A stretch of DNA of 64,000 nucleotides from an uncultured virus (IMG/VR IMGVR_UViG_3300031760_000011) (IMGVR_UViG_3300031760_000011); one strand, 5' to 3'. Counted from the first letter of the stretch, positions 46,767 to 56,289 are shown. Notes: generated from the letters alone by a model not told the origin. Translations and numbers: made by a program.

Positions 46767-48567
46767 TGATATTCTCCTTTATAGAAATACCTCGTTTTGC
46801 TGCGTCTTTGACGAGCTTATCTTTCAAATCAACTATGAGTTGACCGAAGTCTGGAAGTTGGAGATAATCGTGTCCCCAACGTACAGGTCTGTCAACCTGC
46901 CAGTTATCAAATGCTTCAAGTACATCAATAGAACCAGGATCGTCCTTTGGCGGATTATTCTGATTTATACTTCCAATCTTGACAACGTGCATGAGCAATG
47001 TCGTTCTATAAATATTGTATGCAACGTTAATCATCGGATACATTGATGTCTGGTCGAAGTCAATAACGAACGGACGAACTGTGCTTGACAAGTACGGAAA
47101 TAACGGCGTGATAATCGGCTTATTCAACATAACAGCCGCAACGATAGCTCCTTTGTATGGAACTGCTGGCTGCTGACGCATAATGTTGACATTATTACCA
47201 ATAGCTAATCCAATCTTGTCATAAAACATCTGCTGCAGATTCTTGAACGTAGATGTCTGGCGGGTCGCTTTTGATAACCTTGTGTACTGAGAGTTGTACA
47301 TCAGAGAGTCAATATCTGCATTCGTACACTCAAGTTCAACAAGCAAGAATGTATCACGGAAGTTGTAATGAGCGTGCTTAGTGAAATCTTTGTAAGGAAG
47401 TTCAGCTGCATTGTCGGCTATATCATAATAATCAACCTTACCTTTCTTCATCTCAACCATACAAACGTCATTCAAACCATACGACCCTAATACACCACGA
47501 CCTTTACGGACGTCAGCATACGTTGCCATATAGTCAATGTACGTTGTCTTACCAGAAATCTCAAACCAGTGCCACAACGAATAATATTCCGCTTTCGGAT
47601 TATGGTCTTCTTTGAAGTTCAGAACTCGGTATGCCGGTGGAACGTCAGGGTCACATACGATATCTTCAATTCTTGTATTAATATGTCTGTCCTTGATATG
47701 CATGATTAAGCGATTAATCATGTAGTTCAAGTCAAACGTATAGTTCCAAGCACCTGCAAAGTCTGGAGCTGTCATATGAACGATGTCGAAGAACCTTGTG
47801 AGAAGTTCAAACTCATCTTCATAGAACTCAATGACTATTTTACAGTCATTAATTGACAATCTAGGCGGTAAGTTATTCTCTTTCTCAAACTTGCCATTCA
47901 TTTCAGGGTCGGCTCTGAGTTCTTTCTCATATCCACCATTCTGAACGTACTCTTTGAACTGTCTGTAAGTAGGCCATCTATCAGGTTGGTCCCAAAATAA
48001 CTGATACATCGTTTTGGTTGTAAAGTCAAAGTATGATAAGCAGTTCACAGGGAACTTTGCATCCTTTTGGTTTCCAAGACCATCAGTCTCAATATCGAAT
48101 GCTGCCTTCTTATACCCACCGATGTTGACGCCATATTTCTTAATAAACTCCATCTTGTAGAAGTCATTAATATCAACATCGGTTTCGAATAATCTCGGAT
48201 TCTGCTGGCATTTCGCAATGAAATTACGCTGCGCTTTACGTCTCTCTTCGGCGGGCATTCCATAATTACTCTTTAATCTGAAGTATTCCTCTTCGCGTCC
48301 GTTGTACTTCGCCAACGTACGGTTCAAGTCCTTATACGGAACGGTAATCCTATCACACTTATCATACTCGATATTATCGAGACAATGTGGGATTGTAACA
48401 TCGGGTTTTGCGGCATAGAATGAATACATCGGATTTTCAATAACCTGAAGTTTCTGTTCACCATTTACTTTATACGAAATAATCAATGCATCATTAAACT
48501 CCCCAGTCTCAGGATTTTTACGAGGGAAGATATAAATTGAGTTTATGAATTGATACTGGTCATCCAT
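46759..48567 (-). CDS. polB: Family B DNA polymerase, N-terminal half (3'-5' exonuclease + motif A); split gene
   Basis: AFDIETD (ExoI), AWNYTFDLNY (ExoII), YNFRDT (ExoIII), YKGAIV, VIDFDQTSMYPMINVAYNI (motif A); no motif B/C. Confidence 0.9.
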   Translation of the reverse strand: MDDQYQFINSIYIFPRKNPETGEFNDALIISYKVNGEQKLQVIENPMYSFYAAKPDVTIPHCLDNIEYDKCDRITVPYKDLNRTLAKYNGREEEYFRLKSNYGMPAEERRKAQRNFIAKCQQNPRLFETDVDINDFYKMEFIKKYGVNIGGYKKAAFDIETDGLGNQKDAKFPVNCLSYFDFTTKTMYQLFWDQPDRWPTYRQFKEYVQNGGYEKELRADPEMNGKFEKENNLPPRLSINDCKIVIEFYEDEFELLTRFFDIVHMTAPDFAGAWNYTFDLNYMINRLIMHIKDRHINTRIEDIVCDPDVPPAYRVLNFKEDHNPKAEYYSLWHWFEISGKTTYIDYMATYADVRKGRGVLGSYGLNDVCMVEMKKGKVDYYDIADNAAELPYKDFTKHAHYNFRDTFLLVELECTNADIDSLMYNSQYTRLSKATRQTSTFKNLQQMFYDKIGLAIGNNVNIMRQQPAVPYKGAIVAAVMLNKPIITPLFPYLSSTVRPFVIDFDQTSMYPMINVAYNIYRTTLLMHVVKIGSINQNNPPKDDPGSIDVLEAFDNWQVDRPVRWGHDYLQLPDFGQLIVDLKDKLVKDAAKRGISIKENING

Positions 48568-48583
48568 AATAACCTCCAGCTAG

Positions 48584-48593
48584 ATAATGTATA
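48584..48593 (-). promoter_or_regulatory. Putative early/middle promoter motif TATACATTAT
   Basis: Upstream of polB. Confidence 0.6.
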
Positions 48594-48616
48594 AACTAGT
48601 ATTTTATAAAAAATAA

Positions 48617-48642
48617 ACGGCTCATCGAAAACGATGAGTCGT
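48617..48642 (-). terminator. Intrinsic terminator
   Basis: ACGGCTCATCG/CGATGAGTCGT with TTATTTTTT on minus strand. Confidence 0.7.
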
Positions 48643-48667
48643 CGATTCCGAATACGACTACGACGAA

Positions 48668-48805
48668 CTAATCGTCGTTGTCATCATCGGAATCGTTAGA
48701 CGAGCGATTGTCGAGCGACCAATCACTCATCGGTGTTGTTGAATCGGACGAGTCAAATGACTCGGTAACATCACAAATTGTAGGCATGTCATCAAAGAAT
48801 AACAT
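48668..48805 (-). CDS. Small acidic peptide (45 aa)
   Basis: GGGAGG before ATG 48805; D/S-rich. Confidence 0.45.
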   Translation of the reverse strand: MLFFDDMPTICDVTESFDSSDSTTPMSDWSLDNRSSNDSDDDNDD

Positions 48806-48910
48806 ATTGCCCTCCCAGTAGTAATATAATTTTGGCTTAAACTTATCGTTGTAAAGTTCAAGTCTCACTTATATCATATATATTTCATCACATTCAAAGA
48901 TACGAAATGA

Positions 48911-48936
48911 AATCCAGAGGCTTATGCCTCTGGATT
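48911..48936 (-). terminator. Intrinsic terminator
   Basis: AATCCAGAGGC/GCCTCTGGATT. Confidence 0.75.
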
Positions 48937-48947
48937 AATAATTATTT

Positions 48948-49799
48948 TTAGTTAATTTCATCCCATACAGGGATATCTTCCTGATTATCAGGATGTGCGT
49001 TGTTCCACTCTTGAATCTTACGAACGAAAGCATTGTACTTCGACTTTAACTTCTCAGTCATAATCAAAGTTTGAGTCTCACGTTCGTATGCTTCAGAGAG
49101 AACTTGTGAAGCTTTCATCATCTCTTTGTCAATATCCTTCTGTTTATCAGAAAGAGTTTGGCTCAATATTTGATTCGCTTCCTGCGCCGAGTATAAATAC
49201 ATACGTTCTTCAGCAATCGCAGCAGAATCTTCATCGGTCTCAGCATCAATAGCAGCTTTAATAGCAGTACGTGTAGCATTGAGAACGTCGTACTCAGCAT
49301 CAGTGACAAGAATCTTTCCAACAGGTTCTTGACGTACAGCACCATCGTAGACGAGCTTTCTCATATGCTCACGCAAAGAGTTACGGATATTAATATCAGT
49401 ATTTCTCACGTAAGGATTGAGCTTGTCGGACGGTGTAAACGGAGACATCGTGATACGATATGCATAAATCTCAGCATCAATCAATTGTGAAGAGTTCACA
49501 TAGTTAATCATGCCAGGAAAAATGTAAACTTCATCTCCATTATTTTCCTCAATACTAGGGTCTCTTGAAATCAACTTGCGGCAATGATAAATGTATGGGT
49601 CATCCGCCATGAACTCTTCAAGAAGACTTTCGTCAAGGTCTCTGTCAGCAAACCAAGTGTCATACAAGTTTACATCTTGAGCGGACAACTGTGAGTATAC
49701 AGTAACACCGAGTACAACCAAATCTAAATCTACATCACTCCAGTTACCATTACCGATGATATTGTAGCGTTTTCCAACTATAAGTTTCTCAATCATCAT
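48948..49799 (-). CDS. Putative virion protein with C-terminal coiled coil
   Basis: 283-aa ORF in late operon. Confidence 0.7.
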   Translation of the reverse strand: MMIEKLIVGKRYNIIGNGNWSDVDLDLVVLGVTVYSQLSAQDVNLYDTWFADRDLDESLLEEFMADDPYIYHCRKLISRDPSIEENNGDEVYIFPGMINYVNSSQLIDAEIYAYRITMSPFTPSDKLNPYVRNTDINIRNSLREHMRKLVYDGAVRQEPVGKILVTDAEYDVLNATRTAIKAAIDAETDEDSAAIAEERMYLYSAQEANQILSQTLSDKQKDIDKEMMKASQVLSEAYERETQTLIMTEKLKSKYNAFVRKIQEWNNAHPDNQEDIPVWDEIN

Positions 49800-51349
49800 T
49801 AACCTCCAAGATTATTTGGGTTGTAGTTCCGATTGATAACTTTCCACTTAAGATTGCAGAGGTTGAACTCAGCATACAATGTACTTGTCGTGTATCCGAA
49901 ATCGGAAAGCTTAATATCATGAGCGGCTTCAGCTTCAAGCTGAGTTTTGTCATTAACCTGAACGTCAAGGATAGCTGCAAGAATCTTACAGAAGTTTACA
50001 GCATCGGTTGTATTTGTCATATTTGCAGTATCAGAATCATAGTCCTGAATTGCAAGGATTTCTTCGACAGTTGGCTTGTAAAACGGAATAGTTCCAATAA
50101 GAGCCTTGTCTTTAGCACCACCAACTATGAATGCAACGTAATTTTCATCAACACGAACCGTAGACGCATCAAATGTTTTGAGTTCCTTAAGGTCTCCGAT
50201 ATGACCAATAGTATTATTGATTGTATCGAGAGATATCGAAGTTACAACCATAGAAGCATTATCAGTATTGATAAATGATTGCTGAGTAACCCCGTCATTA
50301 TCGTACAATGGATATATTATGCGACTGTCAATATCTGTGAATATAGACGGATATCGTTTCGCAAGCTCAGCCTTTGACATCGTTGGATTCTTTGAAGTGA
50401 TAAGGTCTCTCATCATAATATTAATTTTACTTCCAGCAACGAATACGTCTGCAGGAATCTCGCCGTTTGACCACACATGCATCGTGTTCATAAAATACGA
50501 CGTCGAATCGTCAGCGTCGTTTTTATCACTTCTCATTTGCTGGAATGAATACTTCTGATGGTACTTAAACTTATCTTTTCCAATAAGCTCAGATACTTCA
50601 TTCACAGCATCCTGAATACGAGACTTTGCAGTATCGCGATTATTCTCGAAATCATCAGCAGCATTGAGTTCAGCGTTCGAATCATACCAGAGTTTGAAAT
50701 CATCAAAGCTGTAGGTGTAACCTTTCTGGCCATCGTTACCAGTAAATCCTTCAGGATTTGTCCACATAATAATCTCGTAGAATACAGAATCATCATTCTG
50801 GTCGACTACTTTGAAAGAGAACTTGCGAAGTTTCTTATACTTCGATGCTTCTGAAATATCTCCGCAATGAAAAATATTCAGGCTCTTTGGTACATACAAT
50901 TTATACAACCCAGTCTTCTGAACGGCAGAGTCGTCGATAGCACCAGATAAAACGTTCTCAATGTAATCGGACCAAGAATAAGTCTGAGTATCACTACCAA
51001 CCTGAGAAGTAAAATTAGTATCTGCAAACCAGTAGAACTTATTGTATACATAGTTTGCAATAGCAAAAATATTTTTCCAGAGAGTTGACGTTGTCTTTAT
51101 TGTATTTCTAGTCTTCTCTTCGTCGTCATCAACTACAAATACTGAATCATAAGTACCAGTATTTCGAGAAATCATAACTGGATTCTTAAACCGATTTAGA
51201 ATGTCTTGATATGTGATATCAATGAGTGTGCCAGATAAATCGTCTGTAAAAGAAAAAACGCGACGGATATAACCATGCTCGCGAATATCGCCAAGCATGT
51301 AATAAAACCCTTCAAATCGGTTCTTAGCATCAATGGTGATACTCATCAC
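49799..51349 (-). CDS. Putative virion structural protein
   Basis: 516-aa ORF, RBS AAGGAGG, late promoter. Confidence 0.7.
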   Translation of the reverse strand: MMSITIDAKNRFEGFYYMLGDIREHGYIRRVFSFTDDLSGTLIDITYQDILNRFKNPVMISRNTGTYDSVFVVDDDEEKTRNTIKTTSTLWKNIFAIANYVYNKFYWFADTNFTSQVGSDTQTYSWSDYIENVLSGAIDDSAVQKTGLYKLYVPKSLNIFHCGDISEASKYKKLRKFSFKVVDQNDDSVFYEIIMWTNPEGFTGNDGQKGYTYSFDDFKLWYDSNAELNAADDFENNRDTAKSRIQDAVNEVSELIGKDKFKYHQKYSFQQMRSDKNDADDSTSYFMNTMHVWSNGEIPADVFVAGSKINIMMRDLITSKNPTMSKAELAKRYPSIFTDIDSRIIYPLYDNDGVTQQSFINTDNASMVVTSISLDTINNTIGHIGDLKELKTFDASTVRVDENYVAFIVGGAKDKALIGTIPFYKPTVEEILAIQDYDSDTANMTNTTDAVNFCKILAAILDVQVNDKTQLEAEAAHDIKLSDFGYTTSTLYAEFNLCNLKWKVINRNYNPNNLGG

Positions 51350-51371
51350 GTTGCCTCCTTCTATAATAAGT

Positions 51372-51383
51372 TAATCCAGTGTT
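51372..51383 (-). promoter_or_regulatory. AACA-N6-TA late-type promoter
   Basis: AACACTGGATTA. Confidence 0.75.
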
Positions 51384-51399
51384 TTTAAGCAAAAAAATA

Positions 51400-51419
51400 C
51401 CCGGCGGAACCCCGCCGGG
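51400..51419 (-). terminator. Intrinsic terminator
   Basis: CCCGGCGG/CCGCCGGG with TATTTTTTT on minus strand. Confidence 0.8.
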
Positions 51420-51464
51420 ATTTAATAACGATGATAGATACAGATATTTACGGGGAGAGGATAA

Positions 51465-52628
51465 CTATCCTCTCAACGATTCAACTTCATCGAAGAGATT
51501 ATCGAATCCTTCGTCTTTCTTTGAATCTTTCGGTTGAGCTTTCGGTCCAGTAGACCAGTTGCTCATCAGTGCAGAGTTCGCAGTCGACTTTTCATCTTTG
51601 ATTGTGTCTTCTGTAAACTCTTCGGTGAGTGCTTCACGTTCACTCATGTCAGAAGCGTTCAAGTGCGCACCTGATACTGCTACCAAAATGCGACTGAACT
51701 CTTCTGTTTCTTCGCCTTCACCCTTGACTTCATCCGGTGCATAATAACCTTCGAAAAGACCAGCTGCATTGCGGAAGACAGAGCGGATGTCGTTGCGTGT
51801 TTTGTCAGTGCAGTATTTCGGATTGATTTCGAACTGAACTGCGACTTTCTTAACAGGCTTGGTAAGGTCTGCGATTACCGGTGTCTGAGTAATTGCCATT
51901 TTTACAGCGGTCTTGACGACGTTTTCAGCATCAGTATCAACCACAGCAGAACCAACAACGAGCAAACCAGCATCATCAAACATAGACAAGCGGTCGGCTG
52001 CGTCGATATTGCTAATGCGGCTAACCTTTCCGAACTTCACCAAGCTCTTGAGGTTCTGACAGATTTCGCCGTTGACATCATCGTACTTTTCAAGCACGCT
52101 TGCACCAACAGCCTTTGAGTTGTCAACCGTAATCATACAGAATCCAGCATCAATGAGCTCGTTGATACAAGCGATTGCGTTTGCCTGCACGATACCAAAC
52201 TCTTCTTTTCCCGGCATGACTATTACCGGAACGATACGAACTTCAGGATACTTCTTGCGAAGAATGCGAGCGACAATCGGAATGGTTCCCGAACCGGTAC
52301 CGCCACCAGCTGAAGCCGCGATGAAGATAACATCGGTTTCTTTACCGAGAGGAGTCTGCATAACTTTCTCATCATAGTCAGCAATGACATCTGCGTACTC
52401 TTTCTTGAAACCAGCAAGTGCAACGTTTCTGTCTTTTGCGGCTCCCTGAATGTACTTCAGCTTACGCTTGAAGTCTTTGTCGATAATGCGGAGAGCCTCA
52501 AGGTCGTCGTATGACGAATTGATGACATAAACAGTGTCTGACAAACCGTCAGCTACTGACGTCTCTGCGATGTTTGAACCGCAAGCTCCCAACCCGATGA
52601 AACCAATGACTAACTTACCGTCTTTCAT
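51465..52628 (-). CDS. Tubulin/FtsZ-family GTPase (PhuZ/TubZ-like)
   Basis: IGLGACGSNI, GAAKDR, ASAGGGTGSG signature, VDN, T7-loop-like SNIDAAD; start MKDGK at 52628 with GGAGG. Confidence 0.93.
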   Translation of the reverse strand: MKDGKLVIGFIGLGACGSNIAETSVADGLSDTVYVINSSYDDLEALRIIDKDFKRKLKYIQGAAKDRNVALAGFKKEYADVIADYDEKVMQTPLGKETDVIFIAASAGGGTGSGTIPIVARILRKKYPEVRIVPVIVMPGKEEFGIVQANAIACINELIDAGFCMITVDNSKAVGASVLEKYDDVNGEICQNLKSLVKFGKVSRISNIDAADRLSMFDDAGLLVVGSAVVDTDAENVVKTAVKMAITQTPVIADLTKPVKKVAVQFEINPKYCTDKTRNDIRSVFRNAAGLFEGYYAPDEVKGEGEETEEFSRILVAVSGAHLNASDMSEREALTEEFTEDTIKDEKSTANSALMSNWSTGPKAQPKDSKKDEGFDNLFDEVESLRG

Positions 52629-52672
52629 GGTATTCCTCCATAAATATGAATATTGTGTTTCTACACAGTTCA

Positions 52673-52682
52673 ATCATGTATA
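52673..52682 (-). promoter_or_regulatory. Putative early/middle promoter motif TATACATGAT
   Basis: Upstream of tubulin. Confidence 0.55.
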
Positions 52683-52697
52683 CTTAAGCAATAAAAT

Positions 52698-52719
52698 GGC
52701 TGGGGATAACTCCCCAGCC
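52698..52719 (-). terminator. Intrinsic terminator
   Basis: GGCTGGGGA/TCCCCAGCC. Confidence 0.8.
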
Positions 52720-52767
52720 TATGGCAGTTTTATCAGAGTTGCGGAATACTCCGCTTAATGCTCATCT

Positions 52768-53328
52768 TCAAAGATTGAAACGACGAGCCACGGCAAAGCC
52801 GAGTCCGACAGTGATTCCGATATCGCCACGTTTTTCATTATAGTTATCAATTCGAGTTACAGCCACAGGTACATATGCTGCAAAACTCCACTTAGTTCCG
52901 GCTCTTACTAACATAGGACCTACGAAATAACTGTCGTAGTCAGTTGCGAGATTCGCCCCTGCGGTTCCGCCGAGATACCATCTTGCGCTGTTATAATAGC
53001 GTTCTAGTTTAGCAGAGTCATTGTTATAGTCAGTAATAGAACTTTTCAGTTCGTCGTTGACTACCTGCAAGTCTTTCACAAGAGTGACGTATTTCGTAAT
53101 CGTCACATCCTTTGCAAGTACCTGATTCTCGGCAGCTACATACGCGTCTACCAAAGCAGTGTAATTTGCAAGGAGTGAATCGTAGTCGCTGGGGACAGAA
53201 AACTCTATGGTCTCCTCCCCAATCACTCTTGTAATAGAGCTTGCTGCCGCACCGGGAGACTTTGCAAAGACCCCAGCAAATACGGTAGCCAAAATGAGAG
53301 ACATCAAAAGCTTTTTGAGACCTTTCAT
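52768..53328 (-). CDS. Exported protein: signal peptide, coiled coil, C-terminal amphipathic beta-strands (spanin-like?)
   Basis: MKGLKKLLMSLILATVFAGVFA; ...GITVGLGFAVARRFNL. Confidence 0.6.
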   Translation of the reverse strand: MKGLKKLLMSLILATVFAGVFAKSPGAAASSITRVIGEETIEFSVPSDYDSLLANYTALVDAYVAAENQVLAKDVTITKYVTLVKDLQVVNDELKSSITDYNNDSAKLERYYNSARWYLGGTAGANLATDYDSYFVGPMLVRAGTKWSFAAYVPVAVTRIDNYNEKRGDIGITVGLGFAVARRFNL

Positions 53329-53678
53329 TTATTGCTCCTTTTCTTTATGACGCCGTTAGATTCGAGCGAATCGAGACGCTGTTCCGTACTTCCATACTTC
53401 TCATCGTCTTTTTTGCTCTCAGCGCCAATAGAAACCATTTCGGAGATGATACTCTCAGTCTTTGCCTGAGCCGCATCAATCTTCTGCTTGTCTTCCTCAA
53501 CCTTATCTTTGAGCTTTTCTTCCTTTGCGGAAACAGTACCATTCGGATGAAGAAAACTATGCAACAACCAAGCACCGATAGCAGACGCAATGCCTATTAC
53601 AATCATTGCGATTTTGTAGGCGTTCTGCTTAACGGTAATTCGGATTTCCGGGATTTCTTCCCGCAGATTCTTTTTCAT
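53325..53678 (-). CDS. Single-TM coiled-coil protein (i-spanin-like?)
   Basis: IAMIVIGIASAIGAWLL TM then charged coiled coil; ATGA overlap with next gene. Confidence 0.6.
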   Translation of the reverse strand: MKKNLREEIPEIRITVKQNAYKIAMIVIGIASAIGAWLLHSFLHPNGTVSAKEEKLKDKVEEDKQKIDAAQAKTESIISEMVSIGAESKKDDEKYGSTEQRLDSLESNGVIKKRSNK

Positions 53679-53820
53679 TTTTCTTTTTCTTATCCTTTCC
53701 CATCAATGATTCGAGAGATGCTCCTTCGAGTCTCTGCGCTTCAACAGGGTCGATTCCAAGCGAACTTAAAGTTCCTTCCTCGAATGTAAGACCCGAACCG
53801 GTAAACCCGTTGTTTCCCAT
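53629..53820 (-). CDS. Small protein (63 aa) with TFE/SLE motifs
   Basis: RBS AAGGAG. Confidence 0.55.
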   Translation of the reverse strand: MGNNGFTGSGLTFEEGTLSSLGIDPVEAQRLEGASLESLMGKDKKKKNEKESAGRNPGNPNYR

Positions 53821-53838
53821 AATAAACTCCTTAATGGT

Positions 53839-54627
53839 TTAAGAATCCATTTGATTCCTACGCCGATTAATATCTTTGTTTGCGAGCTTTTCTGATTTAG
53901 TAATTGGAAGCTCGTAGGTTTCTGAAACCAAATCAGATACCAAAGTTGCGCCCATGATATAAAAGTTGAACGTATTGAGAGCGACTTTTTCATCAACATC
54001 GTTCGGCAAATCAGCAAGTCTTGGCAAACGTTCACCATTGCGGATTTTATCGTAAAGAACTTCCTTTGCATCCTTCGAGTCAGCTCTTGGGCCATAGAAC
54101 TCCTTAACGACATCGCCAAGATCATAAACGAGCATTGCATACAAGTCAGCATCAGTAACACGTCCGCCTTTATCATCACCACGAACCTGACCGTTACGAG
54201 CATCACGTTTATCTGCTGACAACGCAAGCTTATTTTTCTTACGAGTCATCTGCTGAAGACGCTTAAGATGCAGCGGTCCGACAGGAACCTTTGTCATGGT
54301 TATCGTCGGCGCAGTAACAGTCGTATTTTCATTCATGTATGGAAGAACTACATACTCGTCAAGTTCAACATCGACGAGTTTTGCAATTCTCTGAAATGAT
54401 TCAAACTTCGGTTGAGCTTTCTTATTGAATGATTGAATCTCTGGTGAGAACCAGCGCTTAGGATTGTCGAGAATAGCTTTAACTTCTTTGACAAACTTCT
54501 CATCAGAAAGCTGACCAAGTTTATTCTTCCAGATAGTTGTAGAGTGTCCAGACGGGTCGAACGCATCCATGAATGTAATAATGAGTGGCATAACTTCTTT
54601 TCTAAAAAGAGCAGCATTCATTCCCAT
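53839..54627 (-). CDS. Phage multisubunit RNA polymerase, stand-alone beta extreme C-terminal subunit (phiKZ gp176-like, probably virion RNAP)
   Basis: VPVGPLHLKRLQQM...GQVRGDDKGGRVTDADLYAML...KEFYGPRADS..AKEVLYDKIRNG aligns to RpoB G.MY..KL.H...[23 protein letters not shown]...QEMLTVKSDD. Confidence 0.8.
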   Translation of the reverse strand: MGMNAALFRKEVMPLIITFMDAFDPSGHSTTIWKNKLGQLSDEKFVKEVKAILDNPKRWFSPEIQSFNKKAQPKFESFQRIAKLVDVELDEYVVLPYMNENTTVTAPTITMTKVPVGPLHLKRLQQMTRKKNKLALSADKRDARNGQVRGDDKGGRVTDADLYAMLVYDLGDVVKEFYGPRADSKDAKEVLYDKIRNGERLPRLADLPNDVDEKVALNTFNFYIMGATLVSDLVSETYELPITKSEKLANKDINRRRNQMDS

Positions 54628-54637
54628 AGTCTATCTC

Positions 54638-55636
54638 CTATTCTTCATTATTATTTTCTTCTGCTTCCTGTTTGTCTTTTTCGCCGAGAACTTCATGTGC
54701 AATTTTCATAGCGTCGCCACGAAGAATACCATGAATTCGTTGATAAAGTTTGACAGTATTCTGAAGAACTTTCATGACATTTCCAGCAGCTTTACGCTGG
54801 TCGTTCTCAGCTTTTGTTTTCTCAGCATCAGTAGCAGTAGAGCTTGCGTCTGGATGATACGTCTTGACTTTATTCATGATTGTGTCTTGTGACTGTTCGA
54901 TGAACTTAATAGCATCCTCGAATTTCTTTCCACCTTCTACAACCACGACTCTGATAGTCTCAAATCCGCTACCAGCGTCGATGACATCTCCAATCTTCAC
55001 AGGTTCTTCAATAACCCGTTCAGCATTCTGCACATACTCTTCATGAGCTGCACGGTCGCCTTCAGATTTCTTCGGGTCAGACATCATTGCTTGAAACTCT
55101 TCAGGTTTCTGGTCCATCTGTGTAATGTATTTATCGACAGACTCCTTTGTATCTCCAAAGATTCCAATACATGAATCGTATGCTTTGCGGAGGTTCTGAG
55201 TATTTCCATTTTTGTCTTTTATGACAACGACATGAAGACCCGAAATCTCTTTACCTTCCTGAATTGATTTCTGTATGCCTTCAATGATTGCGTCTTTATT
55301 GTCATTTAGGAACTTTTCATCGACTTTAGTGAGTTTATCAATGGCTCCAAAAATAGCCCTACAAAGTTCCTTAATTTTATCTACTAATTTCTCGAAGATT
55401 TCAGTACCTTTCGCTTGCATATCTTCCATAACGACTTCAAAGTTTGAGTTTACTGATGCTCCTGTTTCTAATTGCACCGCTCTCGCAGTATACAGGGTTT
55501 TGATATTTTGGTCAATGTCTGAAAGTTCTGCCATGATATCTGCAAGTTCAATAGTAACCTCATCAACAGGTCTTGCAGGTTCCATAGAATCGCTCTCAGT
55601 ATATAATGGAATCAATACGTCTTCAAATGTGAGCAT
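54638..55636 (-). CDS. Internal head protein paralog
   Basis: LTFED, VMED then EIFEKLVDKIKELCRAIF; C-terminal ILRGDAMKIAH matches 1866..3173. Confidence 0.65.
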   Translation of the reverse strand: MLTFEDVLIPLYTESDSMEPARPVDEVTIELADIMAELSDIDQNIKTLYTARAVQLETGASVNSNFEVVMEDMQAKGTEIFEKLVDKIKELCRAIFGAIDKLTKVDEKFLNDNKDAIIEGIQKSIQEGKEISGLHVVVIKDKNGNTQNLRKAYDSCIGIFGDTKESVDKYITQMDQKPEEFQAMMSDPKKSEGDRAAHEEYVQNAERVIEEPVKIGDVIDAGSGFETIRVVVVEGGKKFEDAIKFIEQSQDTIMNKVKTYHPDASSTATDAEKTKAENDQRKAAGNVMKVLQNTVKLYQRIHGILRGDAMKIAHEVLGEKDKQEAEENNNEE

Positions 55637-55653
55637 ATTTATCCTCCTTGAGT

Positions 55654-55665
55654 TAAGGCAGTGTT
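55654..55665 (-). promoter_or_regulatory. AACA-N6-TA late-type promoter
   Basis: AACACTGCCTTA. Confidence 0.75.
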
Positions 55666-55680
55666 TTTAAGACAAAAAAT

Positions 55681-55706
55681 ATGAACGCTGCCGAAGCAGC
55701 GTTCAT
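55681..55706 (-). terminator. Terminator with C(UUCG)G loop
   Basis: ATGAACGCTGC/GCAGCGTTCAT. Confidence 0.85.
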
Positions 55707-55733
55707 AATGCTCTTTAGAGCGCAGCACAATGT

Positions 55734-56237
55734 TTAGAAGTTACTCTGTGGCATTGCGTCTACATCGAACGCGGCGGGAGCCTCAGTGTCGGAAGTTGCG
55801 TTTGCTTCATCATCGGACTCAGCAGTAACGTCGTCTCCATCATCCGGAATCTCATCCTCGCCCTCGTCGGTCGTTTCGCCTTCAGACACTTCAACAACGT
55901 CGGCAGCAGGGTTCATGGTCGTGTCGAGGCAATCATCCCCGTCAGTGCACTCACCGTCGTCGCCACACTCATCTGTGGTGTCCTCAGCATCGGCAGAAGC
56001 TTCATCTTCGTCGTCGCCATCGTCAACAGCGTCGTCAGAATCGTCGATTTCATCCTCAGAATCGTCAACAGTATCTTCTGAATCACTGTCTGCGTCCTCG
56101 GAATCATCAGCAGCAGCGTCTGCAGGTGCAGCAGAGTCGTCACCCTCAGCCGGAGTAGAGACTTCCTGAGTCTCCTGCTCCTCAAGTTCTGCACCTTCCA
56201 TTCTTACCGCATCAGCGGCATCAGCAAAAATACCCAT
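55734..56237 (-). CDS. Extremely acidic low-complexity protein
   Basis: Start MGIFAD at 56237 (AAGGAG); D/E-rich, one Arg, no Lys; RME motif. Confidence 0.8.
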   Translation of the reverse strand: MGIFADAADAVRMEGAELEEQETQEVSTPAEGDDSAAPADAAADDSEDADSDSEDTVDDSEDEIDDSDDAVDDGDDEDEASADAEDTTDECGDDGECTDGDDCLDTTMNPAADVVEVSEGETTDEGEDEIPDDGDDVTAESDDEANATSDTEAPAAFDVDAMPQSNF

Positions 56238-56289
56238 AATAGTATTCTCCTTGAAAGTTGATACATGTATCATCCACGCCAGCTGAAAC

